Positions 1 through 8,195 of a stretch of DNA of 38,222 nucleotides are shown one piece after another. Under the pieces are notes generated by a model, which saw only the letters and a list, made by a program, of their open reading frames with translations, ran no database searches and had not been told where the DNA came from. Origin of the DNA: a virus (lineage: Duplodnaviria > Caudoviricetes); IMG/VR virus record IMGVR_UViG_3300023218_000134, positions 1 to 38,222 of that record; one strand, given 5' to 3'. Position 1 is the first letter of the stretch, and every line of letters starts with the position of its first letter. Made by a program: the position numbers and the translations under genes.

Positions 1-52
1 CCCATGCAAACCGCCGCTCGCCCCTCCTTCCGTGATCGCCTCAATCGATCAA

Positions 53-78
53 TGTAAGGTGACAAGAGGTTCTGGAGT
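53..78 (+). repeat. Left end (attL) terminal inverted repeat / transposase site L1
   Basis: TGTAAGGTGACAAGAGGTTCTGGAGT resembles the reverse complement of the right end (TGTAGCCTGACAAGACGTTTTGGACT). Confidence 0.9.
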
Positions 79-537
79 GCCCGTTACCGGGATTATCCGG
101 GATTATACGGGGACATCTGGGCGCGAGAGTGGCGGGAATGCGCCGTTTGTCGATAGGGGCACTAAAATCTGGCGCTCGGCGAGACTGTCAAGAGTCGTCG
201 GCCATTTGGACGGTGTTTTGTCAGGACCGGCTGGAGTGGACGCGATTAAGCAATCAGCGCTTCAAGAGCTTCTTAGTGGCGGAAAACCGGGCTTCAGCGC
301 ACCTTCACTGCCTAATGAAGGACCAAAAATCGGCTGCGAACTGGGACAAGAACTGGGGCGTTTGGTGTCCAAGTTCATCAAAATCAGCCCGAACTGGGCA
401 CTCATTGAAATATAAAGGGAAATTATAGCAGGACGGTCCGAAATCGCCTTACTTACATTGGTGTAAGTGGGCGGGTTTTTCCGGGCGATTGGCGTCCAGT
501 CGCAGGCGTTTCTACTGGGCGAGAGAGGCAGAGCTGA

Positions 538-924
538 TCAACGATTATCGGCTAACTCAAAGTCGCTGCGCCGATCGTCGAACTCAGCGCCGCTCACTAC
601 CTGCAATTCCGCGCGACCGCTGAGGAAGCCGCGCTTTATCTGACAACGAACGTAGCGAGTTTCGCCCGGTTCGACGAGGACTTCTACGCTGGTGTGGCGG
701 TTCTCTAGAATATAGCGTCCAGGCTCAACGTCCAATTCAGCAAATCGCCCGCGTCCGAGTTCTGTCACGTCCTCGCCCTCGAAGCGGATCGGACAGCCAA
801 TAGCTGCGCCCCAGACGCTTCCCCTGCGATACACGATGATGTGGCCAGCATCCTCTGAAGGGACTTCCTCTAAAGAAGGGCCCTCGACAGGCGCGGCGGC
901 TGCGAGAATTAGTGCGAGAAGCAT
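538..924 (-). CDS. Exported DUF2846-like protein, co-transcribed with the repressor
   Basis: N-terminal signal peptide MLLALILAAAAP and the motif IIVYR...GRFAELDVEPGRY...EPGETRYVR. It starts 2 nt after the repressor stop. Confidence 0.7.
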   Translation of the reverse strand: MLLALILAAAAPVEGPSLEEVPSEDAGHIIVYRRGSVWGAAIGCPIRFEGEDVTELGRGRFAELDVEPGRYILENRHTSVEVLVEPGETRYVRCQIKRGFLSGRAELQVVSGAEFDDRRSDFELADNR

Positions 925-925
925 T

Positions 926-1588
926 CTATACCCTCCTAGCGATGGCGATGACGCGGCCGATAATAATGAGTTCGTCCTGGGCGACCTCGTAATCGGGGAC
1001 GTTGGCGTTGTCGGATAGTAAAGTGACTTGCCCCCCGGCCTCGACCCGCACCCGCTTTACCATACCAATGCCGCCGGAGGCGAGAGCCCAGATTTGATCG
1101 TTGATACGGATGGCATCGCGGCTGCGATCAATCAGAAGGACGTCCCGGTCACCGATGGTGGGGTACATGCTGTCGCCGACACCATATGACCAGACCAGCT
1201 GATCGGCCGGCGCGCTGGTGAACATGCGGACGAAGGCTCGCGGAAAGCGCTCTATCCGCTCGCCGACATCGACATCGTCCAGGAAAGTCCCGCCCATGCC
1301 GTAGCCGAGCTCGAGCATCGGGATTTCGAAGCTGTCATCCGGCGGCTCGGGCACGTCGATGTGCGCGAGCGCAGCAGCGCCGGCGCGGGACCAACCGGGA
1401 AATTTCGGGTAAGCGTCGTGGAGTTTTTCCAGCGTCCGCTGGCTGATCCGCGTGGTTGCAGTACCCTTAATCGGGCGCTGAATTGTGGTGGGATCGACAC
1501 GGGCCTTGCGGGCGACTTCGGCTGCGGTGACGCCGGAATAATCCACTAGAGCGCGCATAAAGGAGGAGTCTTGTTCTAGGCCCGACAT
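926..1588 (-). CDS. CI/LexA-type phage repressor (HTH + S24 peptidase)
   Basis: N-terminal HTH (TAAEVARKARVDPTTIQR), the catalytic Ser motif GDSMYPTI, the Lys motif MVKRV and C-terminal IIGRVI. Confidence 0.92.
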   Translation of the reverse strand: MSGLEQDSSFMRALVDYSGVTAAEVARKARVDPTTIQRPIKGTATTRISQRTLEKLHDAYPKFPGWSRAGAAALAHIDVPEPPDDSFEIPMLELGYGMGGTFLDDVDVGERIERFPRAFVRMFTSAPADQLVWSYGVGDSMYPTIGDRDVLLIDRSRDAIRINDQIWALASGGIGMVKRVRVEAGGQVTLLSDNANVPDYEVAQDELIIIGRVIAIARRV

Positions 1589-1623
1589 AAGAGTGGGCTA
1601 TCAAAACGATGGCGGAATGATGA

Positions 1624-1667
1624 GCGGAATAAATCCTGTTGCAAGACGGGAAAAATACCGCTACTCC
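1624..1667 (+). promoter_or_regulatory. Early promoter overlapped by putative repressor operators
   Basis: TTGCAA(1639-44)-17 bp-TACTCC(1662-67) lies 7 nt before the ATG at 1675. It overlaps the related boxes GCGGAATAAATCC and GGAAAAATACCGC, which are in inverted orientation. Confidence 0.6.
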
Positions 1668-1674
1668 CGTCACC

Positions 1675-1926
1675 ATGAACCAGCAGCAAATCGTCAAAGA
1701 TATTCAGCAGAGGGCGAAAGCCTCGCGGATATCTATCGCAGCCCTGTGCCGCCGGGCGGGAATTTCCCCGGACACCTTTCACAATTGGAAGAAGACCGAG
1801 CGGAACCCCAACCCGTGCGGCGCCAACCTGCATTCGATCGAGGCGCTCTATCGCGAACTGGACAAGATCGACGCCGAGGACACCGCGCGGCTCTCGCGCC
1901 GCAGCGGCAAGGCGGTGGCGGCATGA
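1675..1926 (+). CDS. Cro/Ner-like HTH regulator
   Basis: Divergent from the repressor, with the HTH SIAALCRRAGISPDTFHNWK. The ATG at 1675 is preferred over the TTG at 1639. Confidence 0.85.
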   Translation: MNQQQIVKDIQQRAKASRISIAALCRRAGISPDTFHNWKKTERNPNPCGANLHSIEALYRELDKIDAEDTARLSRRSGKAVAA

Positions 1927-2336
1927 GCAATCAGATGGTCGATGCCGGGTTCGCCGATGTCGAGATCGCGCGGGAGATCGTCCGGCGGCTGAAAATGCGT
2001 GCTGCCTTAAAGGATGCACGCGGATCAATCGAAGAACTCCTCGAGCTGCTCGACAAGAGCATTCAGGCGGATCGCGACCGGAGCGCGGCCCTGTTCGACG
2101 AGGCGGGCGATCTCCTCCCGGCCGAAGTCGAGCGTCTCCAGCGTGATGCGGCGGTCAACGCCGTCGCAGGCAAGGATGTGCGCGAGAAGGAGCTTCTCGA
2201 AGGCATGAAGCTGGCTCTTGATCTCCTGGACAGGATCGGCGTCGGAATTCGGCATGGGCTGTTCTCCTCGTGTGGCGGGGACGAGCTTAGCCAGGCCCGG
2301 ACAGGCGCGCAGCGTCTACGTGGAGGCCGCGCATGA
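1923..2336 (+). CDS. Hypothetical early protein (MSNQMVDAG...)
   Basis: ATGA overlaps with both neighbours suggest translational coupling. Confidence 0.55.
   Translation: MSNQMVDAGFADVEIAREIVRRLKMRAALKDARGSIEELLELLDKSIQADRDRSAALFDEAGDLLPAEVERLQRDAAVNAVAGKDVREKELLEGMKLALDLLDRIGVGIRHGLFSSCGGDELSQARTGAQRLRGGRA
2025..2255 (-). CDS. Small antisense helical protein (76 aa)
   Basis: GAGGAG RBS 8 nt upstream of the ATG and an amphipathic, protein-like composition. Confidence 0.5.
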   Translation of the reverse strand: MPNSDADPVQEIKSQLHAFEKLLLAHILACDGVDRRITLETLDFGREEIARLVEQGRAPVAIRLNALVEQLEEFFD

Positions 2337-3304
2337 ACACCGGAGCGGTGCTGAGCGAGGCGAAGCTGATGGAGCTTTCGCCGGATCACGTCGACGAGAG
2401 CGACCGGATCGGCTTCTACCACGAGGACAAGGCCGTCGCACTCGGCCGCCTGATGGCGGTCGATGGTCAGCGCGACCCGATCAAGGTCCGCGCCAATGCG
2501 GGCGATCCGGATCGGCCCTGGAAGCTGGTAACCGGGCTGCATCGCCTGATGGGCGCGCGGATCGAATGCTCGACGGTCTTCGCGATCGAGGTTTCGGGCG
2601 AGGCCGACCAGTTCAAAGACCTGGAAGCGAGCGAGAACCTGCATCGCAGGCCGCTCGGGCCGATCGAGCGGGCGAAGTTCACCGCCGCGCTTGTCCAGGC
2701 GGCGCAGGAGCGGATTGCGCGAGAGCATGGCAACCTTGGTCAACACAAACTGGCAATCAAGGCTCGCTGGGATCGCGTGAAGCACGGCGAAGAGCGGGTC
2801 GAAGGTGCGTTGAGGGACGAGACCGAGGATACGTGTGCAAAGTTTGCACACGTATACGGTTGGGAAGAATCCGCGCGTGAAGCTTTCGGCATGTCGCGGA
2901 GATCGCTCTACGACAGCCTTTCCCTTTATCGCCTCATCATCGAGCAGTTTCCCGACTTGGTCGAGGCGCTTTCGAAGCATCCCGTCGTGGGTGAGAATGC
3001 CAGCCAGCTGAAGGCGATCGCGGCGGTCAAGGACGAGGGCCGGCGCCGCGAAGTAATCGAGGTTTTGCTCGCCGATCATGAGATTGGCGCGGACGATGCG
3101 CGCATTCTCGTGGGCGTCGATCGACCCGGCGGCCCCGATGCGACGCCGGTGGCCCATCAGAAGCACTTCAATGCGATCGAAGGCGGCTGGTCGAGGCTCG
3201 GAAACCCCGAGAAGCGTCTATTTCTTCCGCGCATCCCGAAAATGCTGACCGAGGGCATGAAGCGCGAGTTGCGCGACATGCTCAACGAGGAGCTGGGCGA
3301 ATGA
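2333..3304 (+). CDS. ParB/Srx N-terminal domain protein with HTH
   Basis: DGQRDPIKV...LVTGLHRL (GxxR-like), ASENLHRRPLGPIERA and the HTH AREAFGMSRRSLY. Confidence 0.88.
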   Translation: MNTGAVLSEAKLMELSPDHVDESDRIGFYHEDKAVALGRLMAVDGQRDPIKVRANAGDPDRPWKLVTGLHRLMGARIECSTVFAIEVSGEADQFKDLEASENLHRRPLGPIERAKFTAALVQAAQERIAREHGNLGQHKLAIKARWDRVKHGEERVEGALRDETEDTCAKFAHVYGWEESAREAFGMSRRSLYDSLSLYRLIIEQFPDLVEALSKHPVVGENASQLKAIAAVKDEGRRREVIEVLLADHEIGADDARILVGVDRPGGPDATPVAHQKHFNAIEGGWSRLGNPEKRLFLPRIPKMLTEGMKRELRDMLNEELGE

Positions 3305-3543
3305 CGAAGATCGTTATTCGGGAGATCGGCGATCTGCAGATGCATCGGGGCTCTTTCGGCCCATCACATGCTGAGTTCGAATATGGCCCGCTAGCTATTG
3401 ATGCAATTGGGCACGCGACTGCGGAAGACCTCCTAGTCGAGCTCCGTATGTCGATGAGTGAAGCCCACGCTCAGATGGTGGTAGGCATCCTGCTCGAAGC
3501 AGACCTAACCTTCGACAGCACGATCGACGTCGAGGTCGTCTGA
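3301..3543 (+). CDS. Hypothetical protein
   Basis: Coupled by ATGA and TGATG overlaps; lower GC than its neighbours. Confidence 0.65.
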   Translation: MTKIVIREIGDLQMHRGSFGPSHAEFEYGPLAIDAIGHATAEDLLVELRMSMSEAHAQMVVGILLEADLTFDSTIDVEVV

Positions 3544-4250
3544 TGCGCGGTGAAATCTCCTCCGGCAAGTACTCGAAGCGTCATCCGCTCGACTGGTATG
3601 TCGATCCGGTGTGGTGCGCCGCGCAGCTCGCGCTGGCGATGGACGGGTTCTGGTTCGAGCATGCCCATGGGCTCGCGATCTGGGATCCGAGCTGCGGCAT
3701 GGGTAACACCCTGCATGCCGCGCATGAACTGAATTTGCGGACGATCGGCTCGGACGTGGTCGATAATCTCGCGTTCGACCAGTTCATACAGAACAGCGGT
3801 CACGATAGCGGCTATATCGACCCCGAGTTCTTCATCGCCGATTTCCTCGAGCTCGAGCACCGGCCCGCGCCGTGCAGCATCGTGTGCAACCCGCCCTATT
3901 CCTATGGCCGGCGACCGATGGCCGAGTTGTTCGCGCGCCAGGCGCTGAAGCTTTCGAGCAAGCATGTCTGCCTGCTGCTGCCGAGCAAGTGGCTCGCGAG
4001 CCAGGGACGCTACGACCTGTTCACCGAACATCCGCCGTTAGCCGTCCTCCACCTTTGTCAGCGCCCGAGCATGCCGCCGGGCGACATGATGGCGGCGATG
4101 GGCGAGCGCGCCGGGCGCGGCGGGATGACCGATTATTGCTGGATCGTCTGGGACGCGACGGTGCCAACGGCGTGCGGTGCGACGCGCACGATCTGGCTGC
4201 CGCCACTTCACCGAAACGACAAAATCCGACCGATCCGGGAGAGCCGATAA
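3543..4250 (+). CDS. Orphan amino (probably N6-adenine) DNA methyltransferase
   Basis: SAM-binding motif I IWDPSCGMG and catalytic motif IV CNPPY. Confidence 0.85.
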   Translation: MRGEISSGKYSKRHPLDWYVDPVWCAAQLALAMDGFWFEHAHGLAIWDPSCGMGNTLHAAHELNLRTIGSDVVDNLAFDQFIQNSGHDSGYIDPEFFIADFLELEHRPAPCSIVCNPPYSYGRRPMAELFARQALKLSSKHVCLLLPSKWLASQGRYDLFTEHPPLAVLHLCQRPSMPPGDMMAAMGERAGRGGMTDYCWIVWDATVPTACGATRTIWLPPLHRNDKIRPIRESR

Positions 4251-4384
4251 TGCGCAATCCGATACCTCATTGCACCTGGTGGGAGCTGGCGCTGGCAGCG
4301 GCATGCGCCGTGATCCTCGTTGCCTGCGGCGCGGCAGTCGTTCTCTCGATCGACCTCGCGATCGCGAACGGGGGGTTCCAATGA
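4250..4384 (+). CDS. Small membrane protein (44 aa)
   Basis: TAATG coupling and a hydrophobic segment LALAAACAVILVACGAAVVLSI. Confidence 0.6.
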   Translation: MRNPIPHCTWWELALAAACAVILVACGAAVVLSIDLAIANGGFQ

Positions 4385-4515
4385 GCCTGTCCGTGCCGAG
4401 CGAGGACGCGATCGCGCGCGAAATAGCAGAGACCGGCCTTGGCCGACTGCCCTGCATCCGCCGGATCCAGCAGCGCGAAAGCCTGCGCCGCAAAGCATGC
4501 GGGAGGCTCGTATGA
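4381..4515 (+). CDS. Small hypothetical protein (MSLSVPSEDAIARE...)
   Basis: ATGA overlaps on both sides. Confidence 0.6.
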   Translation: MSLSVPSEDAIAREIAETGLGRLPCIRRIQQRESLRRKACGRLV

Positions 4516-4784
4516 TCTCGCTCACCCCCGAACAGACGCGCGTGAAGCGCTTCATCGAGAGATATTCGCGTCGGCACGGTTCGGTGCCCAATTACAGCGA
4601 GATCGCCCAGGGCTGCGACCTCTCGAGCAAAGGGACCGCCTGGTATGCCGTGGCTCGGCTGATCGAGCGCGGGCACGCGCGGCGGACCGGCGAAGGCGAA
4701 CGGAACTACGAGCTGGTTCATGCGGCCATATCGCGCGCTCCGGATGGAGCGCCGCTCTACTTCGTGCCGGTGGGGGGGATCTGA
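4512..4784 (+). CDS. LexA-like winged-helix DNA-binding domain protein with no peptidase domain
   Basis: LTPEQTRVKRFIERYSRRHGSVPNYSEIAQGCDLSSKGTAWYAVARLIERGH matches the LexA N-terminal pattern. A GGAGG RBS is present. Confidence 0.8.
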   Translation: MISLTPEQTRVKRFIERYSRRHGSVPNYSEIAQGCDLSSKGTAWYAVARLIERGHARRTGEGERNYELVHAAISRAPDGAPLYFVPVGGI

Positions 4785-4785
4785 G

Positions 4786-5007
4786 ATGGCCTTAAGTCGC
4801 ACCGAAAGAGAAATAATGGAGCTGTCGGACGCGGGGTTCGTGCCCCGCGAGATCGCGCGGCACCTGGGCATCTCGAACAAATATGCGACCGATACCGTCT
4901 CCCGGTTCACGGTGAACACGTATCGCGAAGCGCGGGAGGCCGATGCGCTGCGCGCGCAGACCCGCAAGCTGGGCAAGATCGTCGTTGCAGCGGGAGGGCA
5001 TCGCTGA
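4786..5007 (+). CDS. Small LuxR-like HTH protein
   Basis: LSRTEREIMELSDAGFVPREIARHLGIS. Confidence 0.7.
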   Translation: MALSRTEREIMELSDAGFVPREIARHLGISNKYATDTVSRFTVNTYREAREADALRAQTRKLGKIVVAAGGHR

Positions 5008-5249
5008 TGGCCCGGTTCGCATCCCTCGCCGAGAAATACCGCCACCACCGCAAGTGCTTCGAGCTGGGGCTCGCCCTCGGCATCACACCGAAGGAGGCGG
5101 AGAGCATGATCGAGCGCGTCCAGGCTCGCAAGGCGCACCGGGCGCTTTGCCGCAGATACGGACAGGAATCGGCGCTGCCGCCGCTCGAACTGCCGCGCAG
5201 CCGTGCGGATTTCGAGCGTTGGGACGCGCCCTGGATGTCGAGGGACTGA
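5007..5249 (+). CDS. Hypothetical protein
   Basis: TGATG coupling with GGAGGG upstream. Confidence 0.65.
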   Translation: MARFASLAEKYRHHRKCFELGLALGITPKEAESMIERVQARKAHRALCRRYGQESALPPLELPRSRADFERWDAPWMSRD

Positions 5250-5251
5250 GC

Positions 5252-5500
5252 GTGAAGTACGGCCCTACATCGCAATATGAATTCAGCGCCATGACGCCGA
5301 TCGAACGCACGGTCACCGGCTTGTGGGACGCGGGCGCCTCGATCGAGCAGATCGCGCTCGAACTGGACCGAACGAGGAGCATGATCTCGGGCATTGTCTC
5401 CCGGCTCGACGAGAACGGCGAGCGCCGTTCGGAACGCACCATGATGGGAAAAGGCAGCGAAGCGCTGCTGGTCGCGCTGCGTGGCTCCGCCGATGCCTGA
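5252..5500 (+). CDS. Small HTH protein resembling the GcrA N-terminal domain (start 5252 GTG or 5291 ATG)
   Basis: GLWDAGASIEQIALELDRTRSMISGIVSRL resembles the GcrA pattern LW..G.SASQIA..LG..SRNAVIG.V.RL. Confidence 0.6.
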   Translation: MKYGPTSQYEFSAMTPIERTVTGLWDAGASIEQIALELDRTRSMISGIVSRLDENGERRSERTMMGKGSEALLVALRGSADA

Positions 5501-5762
5501 CCTCGTCGTCACACGGCATGCGATGGATCGCTACCGGGAGCGGGTCGCGGACCTGCCCGATTGCGACATCTTCGCGCGGCTGACCGGCTCCACCTTCGAG
5601 GCAGCGGCCGCGTTCGGCGCGCCGTTCGTGCGCCTCGAAAGCGGCCAGCGCGTGGTCATTCGCGGTTTTACTGTCGTCACCGTGCTGCCGATCGACTGCC
5701 ATCCGGGCAAGCTCGACCCGCGCCGCGACCCGACGGGCGACTGGGACGCCATCGATGGGTAA
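5493..5762 (+). CDS. Hypothetical protein, RelE/DUF4258-like
   Basis: VTRHAMDRYRERV...RVVIRGFTVVTVLP pattern. Confidence 0.55.
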   Translation: MPDLVVTRHAMDRYRERVADLPDCDIFARLTGSTFEAAAAFGAPFVRLESGQRVVIRGFTVVTVLPIDCHPGKLDPRRDPTGDWDAIDG

Positions 5763-6210
5763 GGCGAAAGCGCATCCCGATCAGGTGGCGTTCGATTTCA
5801 GCGCGCCGGTGCCCGCGCGCGGGGTCGCGGAACTGGCCGGGCTCGAGCGGCAGATCAACGAAGCCGTCGGCGTCATCCTCAATACCGATCCGCGCCCGCG
5901 CGAGGTGATTGCGGCCGAGATGAGCATCCTGCTCGACGACACGGTGAGCCGGGCGATGCTGGACGCCTATGCGAGCCCCGCGCGAACCGAGCACAAGGTG
6001 CCGGCGAGCCGCCTGCTCGCACTGCTCGTCGTCACCGACCGGCAGGATCTGGCGCGGCCGGTCCTGGCCAAGGCCGGGATCGGAGCTCTCATCGGCGACG
6101 AGGTCAAGACCGCGCGCATCGGACAGTTGCAGGCGCGGATCACCCAGGCGCAAGCCGAAATGCGCGCACTCAAGAAGGATGCGCCCCAGATCTACGAGGG
6201 CGAGGACTGA
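5755..6210 (+). CDS. Conserved Mu-like phage protein upstream of the transposase (putative DNA-binding)
   Basis: REVIAAEMS...VSRAMLDAYAS pattern; coupled to MuA. Confidence 0.65.
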   Translation: MGKAKAHPDQVAFDFSAPVPARGVAELAGLERQINEAVGVILNTDPRPREVIAAEMSILLDDTVSRAMLDAYASPARTEHKVPASRLLALLVVTDRQDLARPVLAKAGIGALIGDEVKTARIGQLQARITQAQAEMRALKKDAPQIYEGED

Positions 6211-8195
6211 TGGCGCGCGGAGGGGAATTCGAAAACGTGGTGACCCGCGAATGGTTCACGGCCGCCGAGCTCGCCGAGCTTGGCCTGCCGGGACTTGCGC
6301 GCGACAAGCGCTCGATCAATCGCCGTGCGGACAATGAGCGCTGGGCCTCGCGGCTCGGCTCCGACGGCGCGCTGCTGGTGCGGCAGCGCGCCGGTCGCGG
6401 GGGCGGCACGGAATACCATGTCAGCCTGCTGCCCGGCGAAGCGCGCATCGCCCTCGAGCAGCGCGGGATCTACGCGCCGCCAGCGGCGGTGGAGGATGCC
6501 AATGCCAGCGGTTGGATCTGGTACGATCGGCAGAGCGAGGCGACGAAGGCGGAAGCCGAGCGCCGGTTGATCGCGGTCCAGGCGGTCGAAACGCTCGAGG
6601 CGAGCGGGCTTTCGCGCACTGCGGCGATCGCCGCGACATCCGACGAGCGCGAGGTCGGGAAGTCGACCCTGTGGAACTGGCTGAAATTGGTCGACGGGAT
6701 CGATCCGGCCAACCGCCTGCCGGAGCTCGCCCCCAACCGGCAGGGCGGCGGCGTGGCAGCCGAGATCGACGACGAATTGTGGCGGATATTCCTAAGCGAC
6801 TATCTGCGACTGTCGCAGCCCACCCTGACCAGCTGCTATGCGCGGACCGCCAAGATCGCCGCCAAAAAGGGCTGTTCGATGCCCTCCGAGCGCACGTTCA
6901 GGCGGCGTTTGAAGGCGGAGGTCGCGCAGTCGATCATCACCCGCCGGCGCAAGGGCGACGAGGCGCTGCGGCGCTCCGTTCCGGCCGAACGCCGCAGCGT
7001 GACGCATCTGCGCGTGCTGGAACACGTCAATATCGACGGCCACCGCTTCGACGTTTTCGTGCAGCCGCCGCCCGGCAGCGCGAAATCCAAGCCGATCCGC
7101 CCGACCATGGTGGCAATCCAGGACGTACGCTCGAGCAAGATCCTCGCCTGGCGGGTCGCAGAAACCGAATGCTCGGCCACCGCGCGCCTCGCCTTCGCAG
7201 ACCTCTTCCGCAATCACGGTATCCCCAAGGCCTGCACGCTCGACAACGGACGCGGCTTTGCCAGCAAGTGGATCACGGGCGGGGCGAGCACCCGCTTCCG
7301 CTTCAAGATCCGCGATGAAGAGCCGACCGGGCTGCTGACGACGCTTGGCATCGAGATCCATTGGGCACTGCCGTATCGCGGCCAGTCCAAGCCGATCGAG
7401 CGCGCATTCCGCGATCTGTGCGATACGATCGCCAAGCATCCCAAGCTCGAAGGCGCATACACCGGCAACTCGCCCAGCGCGAAGCCGGAGAATTACGGCA
7501 GCCGGGCGGTCGCCTGGGACGAGTTCGTCGAGTTCGTGAACGAAGGCGTCGCGCTGCACAATGCGCGCACCGGGCGGAAGGGGCGCGATTATGCCGGGCG
7601 CAGCTTCGACCAGGTATGGAACGAGCTGGCGGCGCACTCGCCGATCGGTCGGGCGCGGCCCGAGCAATTGCGGCTCGCCTTGCTCGCCGCCGACGAGAAG
7701 CTGGTCAACCGGACCACGGGCGAGATCGAGCTTTACGGCAATCGCTACTGGTCGCCCGAATGCGGTGAGCTTCACGGACAGAAAGTGACGGTGCGGTTCG
7801 ATCCGGAGAACCTGCACCAGGAGGTCTACCTCTACGATCAGGCCGGGCGGTTCCTCACGGAGGCCCAGCTCCTCCGCGACAGCGGTTTCGACGACGTGGC
7901 TGGTGCGAAGGCCACCGCCAAGCGGGTCAAGGAGCAACGCCAGAAGGTTCGCGAAGGCGAGGAGGCGCTGCGCCTCCTGCGCGCGGAGGAAGTCGCCGCG
8001 CGGCAGGCAAAAATCCATGCCGTTCCCACCCCGGAGCCGAGCGTGATCCGTCCGGTTCGCGAGATCGGGAACACCGCAGCGGCGCTCAAGCGGGAACCCA
8101 AACCAGAGAAAAGGCCGCATCGCGACCCGCTCGACAGTGTCGCGCGCGTCGGGCTGCGGCTGGTCGAAGCCAAGAATGAAAGGGACAGCCGATGA
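6210..8195 (+). CDS. Mu-like DDE transposase (MuA)
   Basis: Mu N-terminal DNA-binding domain (WFTAAELA..LPGL...GRGGGTEYHVSLLP), the DDE triad (IDGH, LDNGRGF, KPIERAF) and the C-terminal VTVRFDPENL. Confidence 0.96.
   Translation: MARGGEFENVVTREWFTAAELAELGLPGLARDKRSINRRADNERWASRLGSDGALLVRQRAGRGGGTEYHVSLLPGEARIALEQRGIYAPPAAVEDANASGWIWYDRQSEATKAEAERRLIAVQAVETLEASGLSRTAAIAATSDEREVGKSTLWNWLKLVDGIDPANRLPELAPNRQGGGVAAEIDDELWRIFLSDYLRLSQPTLTSCYARTAKIAAKKGCSMPSERTFRRRLKAEVAQSIITRRRKGDEALRRSVPAERRSVTHLRVLEHVNIDGHRFDVFVQPPPGSAKSKPIRPTMVAIQDVRSSKILAWRVAETECSATARLAFADLFRNHGIPKACTLDNGRGFASKWITGGASTRFRFKIRDEEPTGLLTTLGIEIHWALPYRGQSKPIERAFRDLCDTIAKHPKLEGAYTGNSPSAKPENYGSRAVAWDEFVEFVNEGVALHNARTGRKGRDYAGRSFDQVWNELAAHSPIGRARPEQLRLALLAADEKLVNRTTGEIELYGNRYWSPECGELHGQKVTVRFDPENLHQEVYLYDQAGRFLTEAQLLRDSGFDDVAGAKATAKRVKEQRQKVREGEEALRLLRAEEVAARQAKIHAVPTPEPSVIRPVREIGNTAAALKREPKPEKRPHRDPLDSVARVGLRLVEAKNERDSR

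Noticed and set aside
32-428. ORFs 32-415 and 129-428
   Set aside because: They cross or lie within the attL binding-site region and have no recognisable motifs or convincing RBS.
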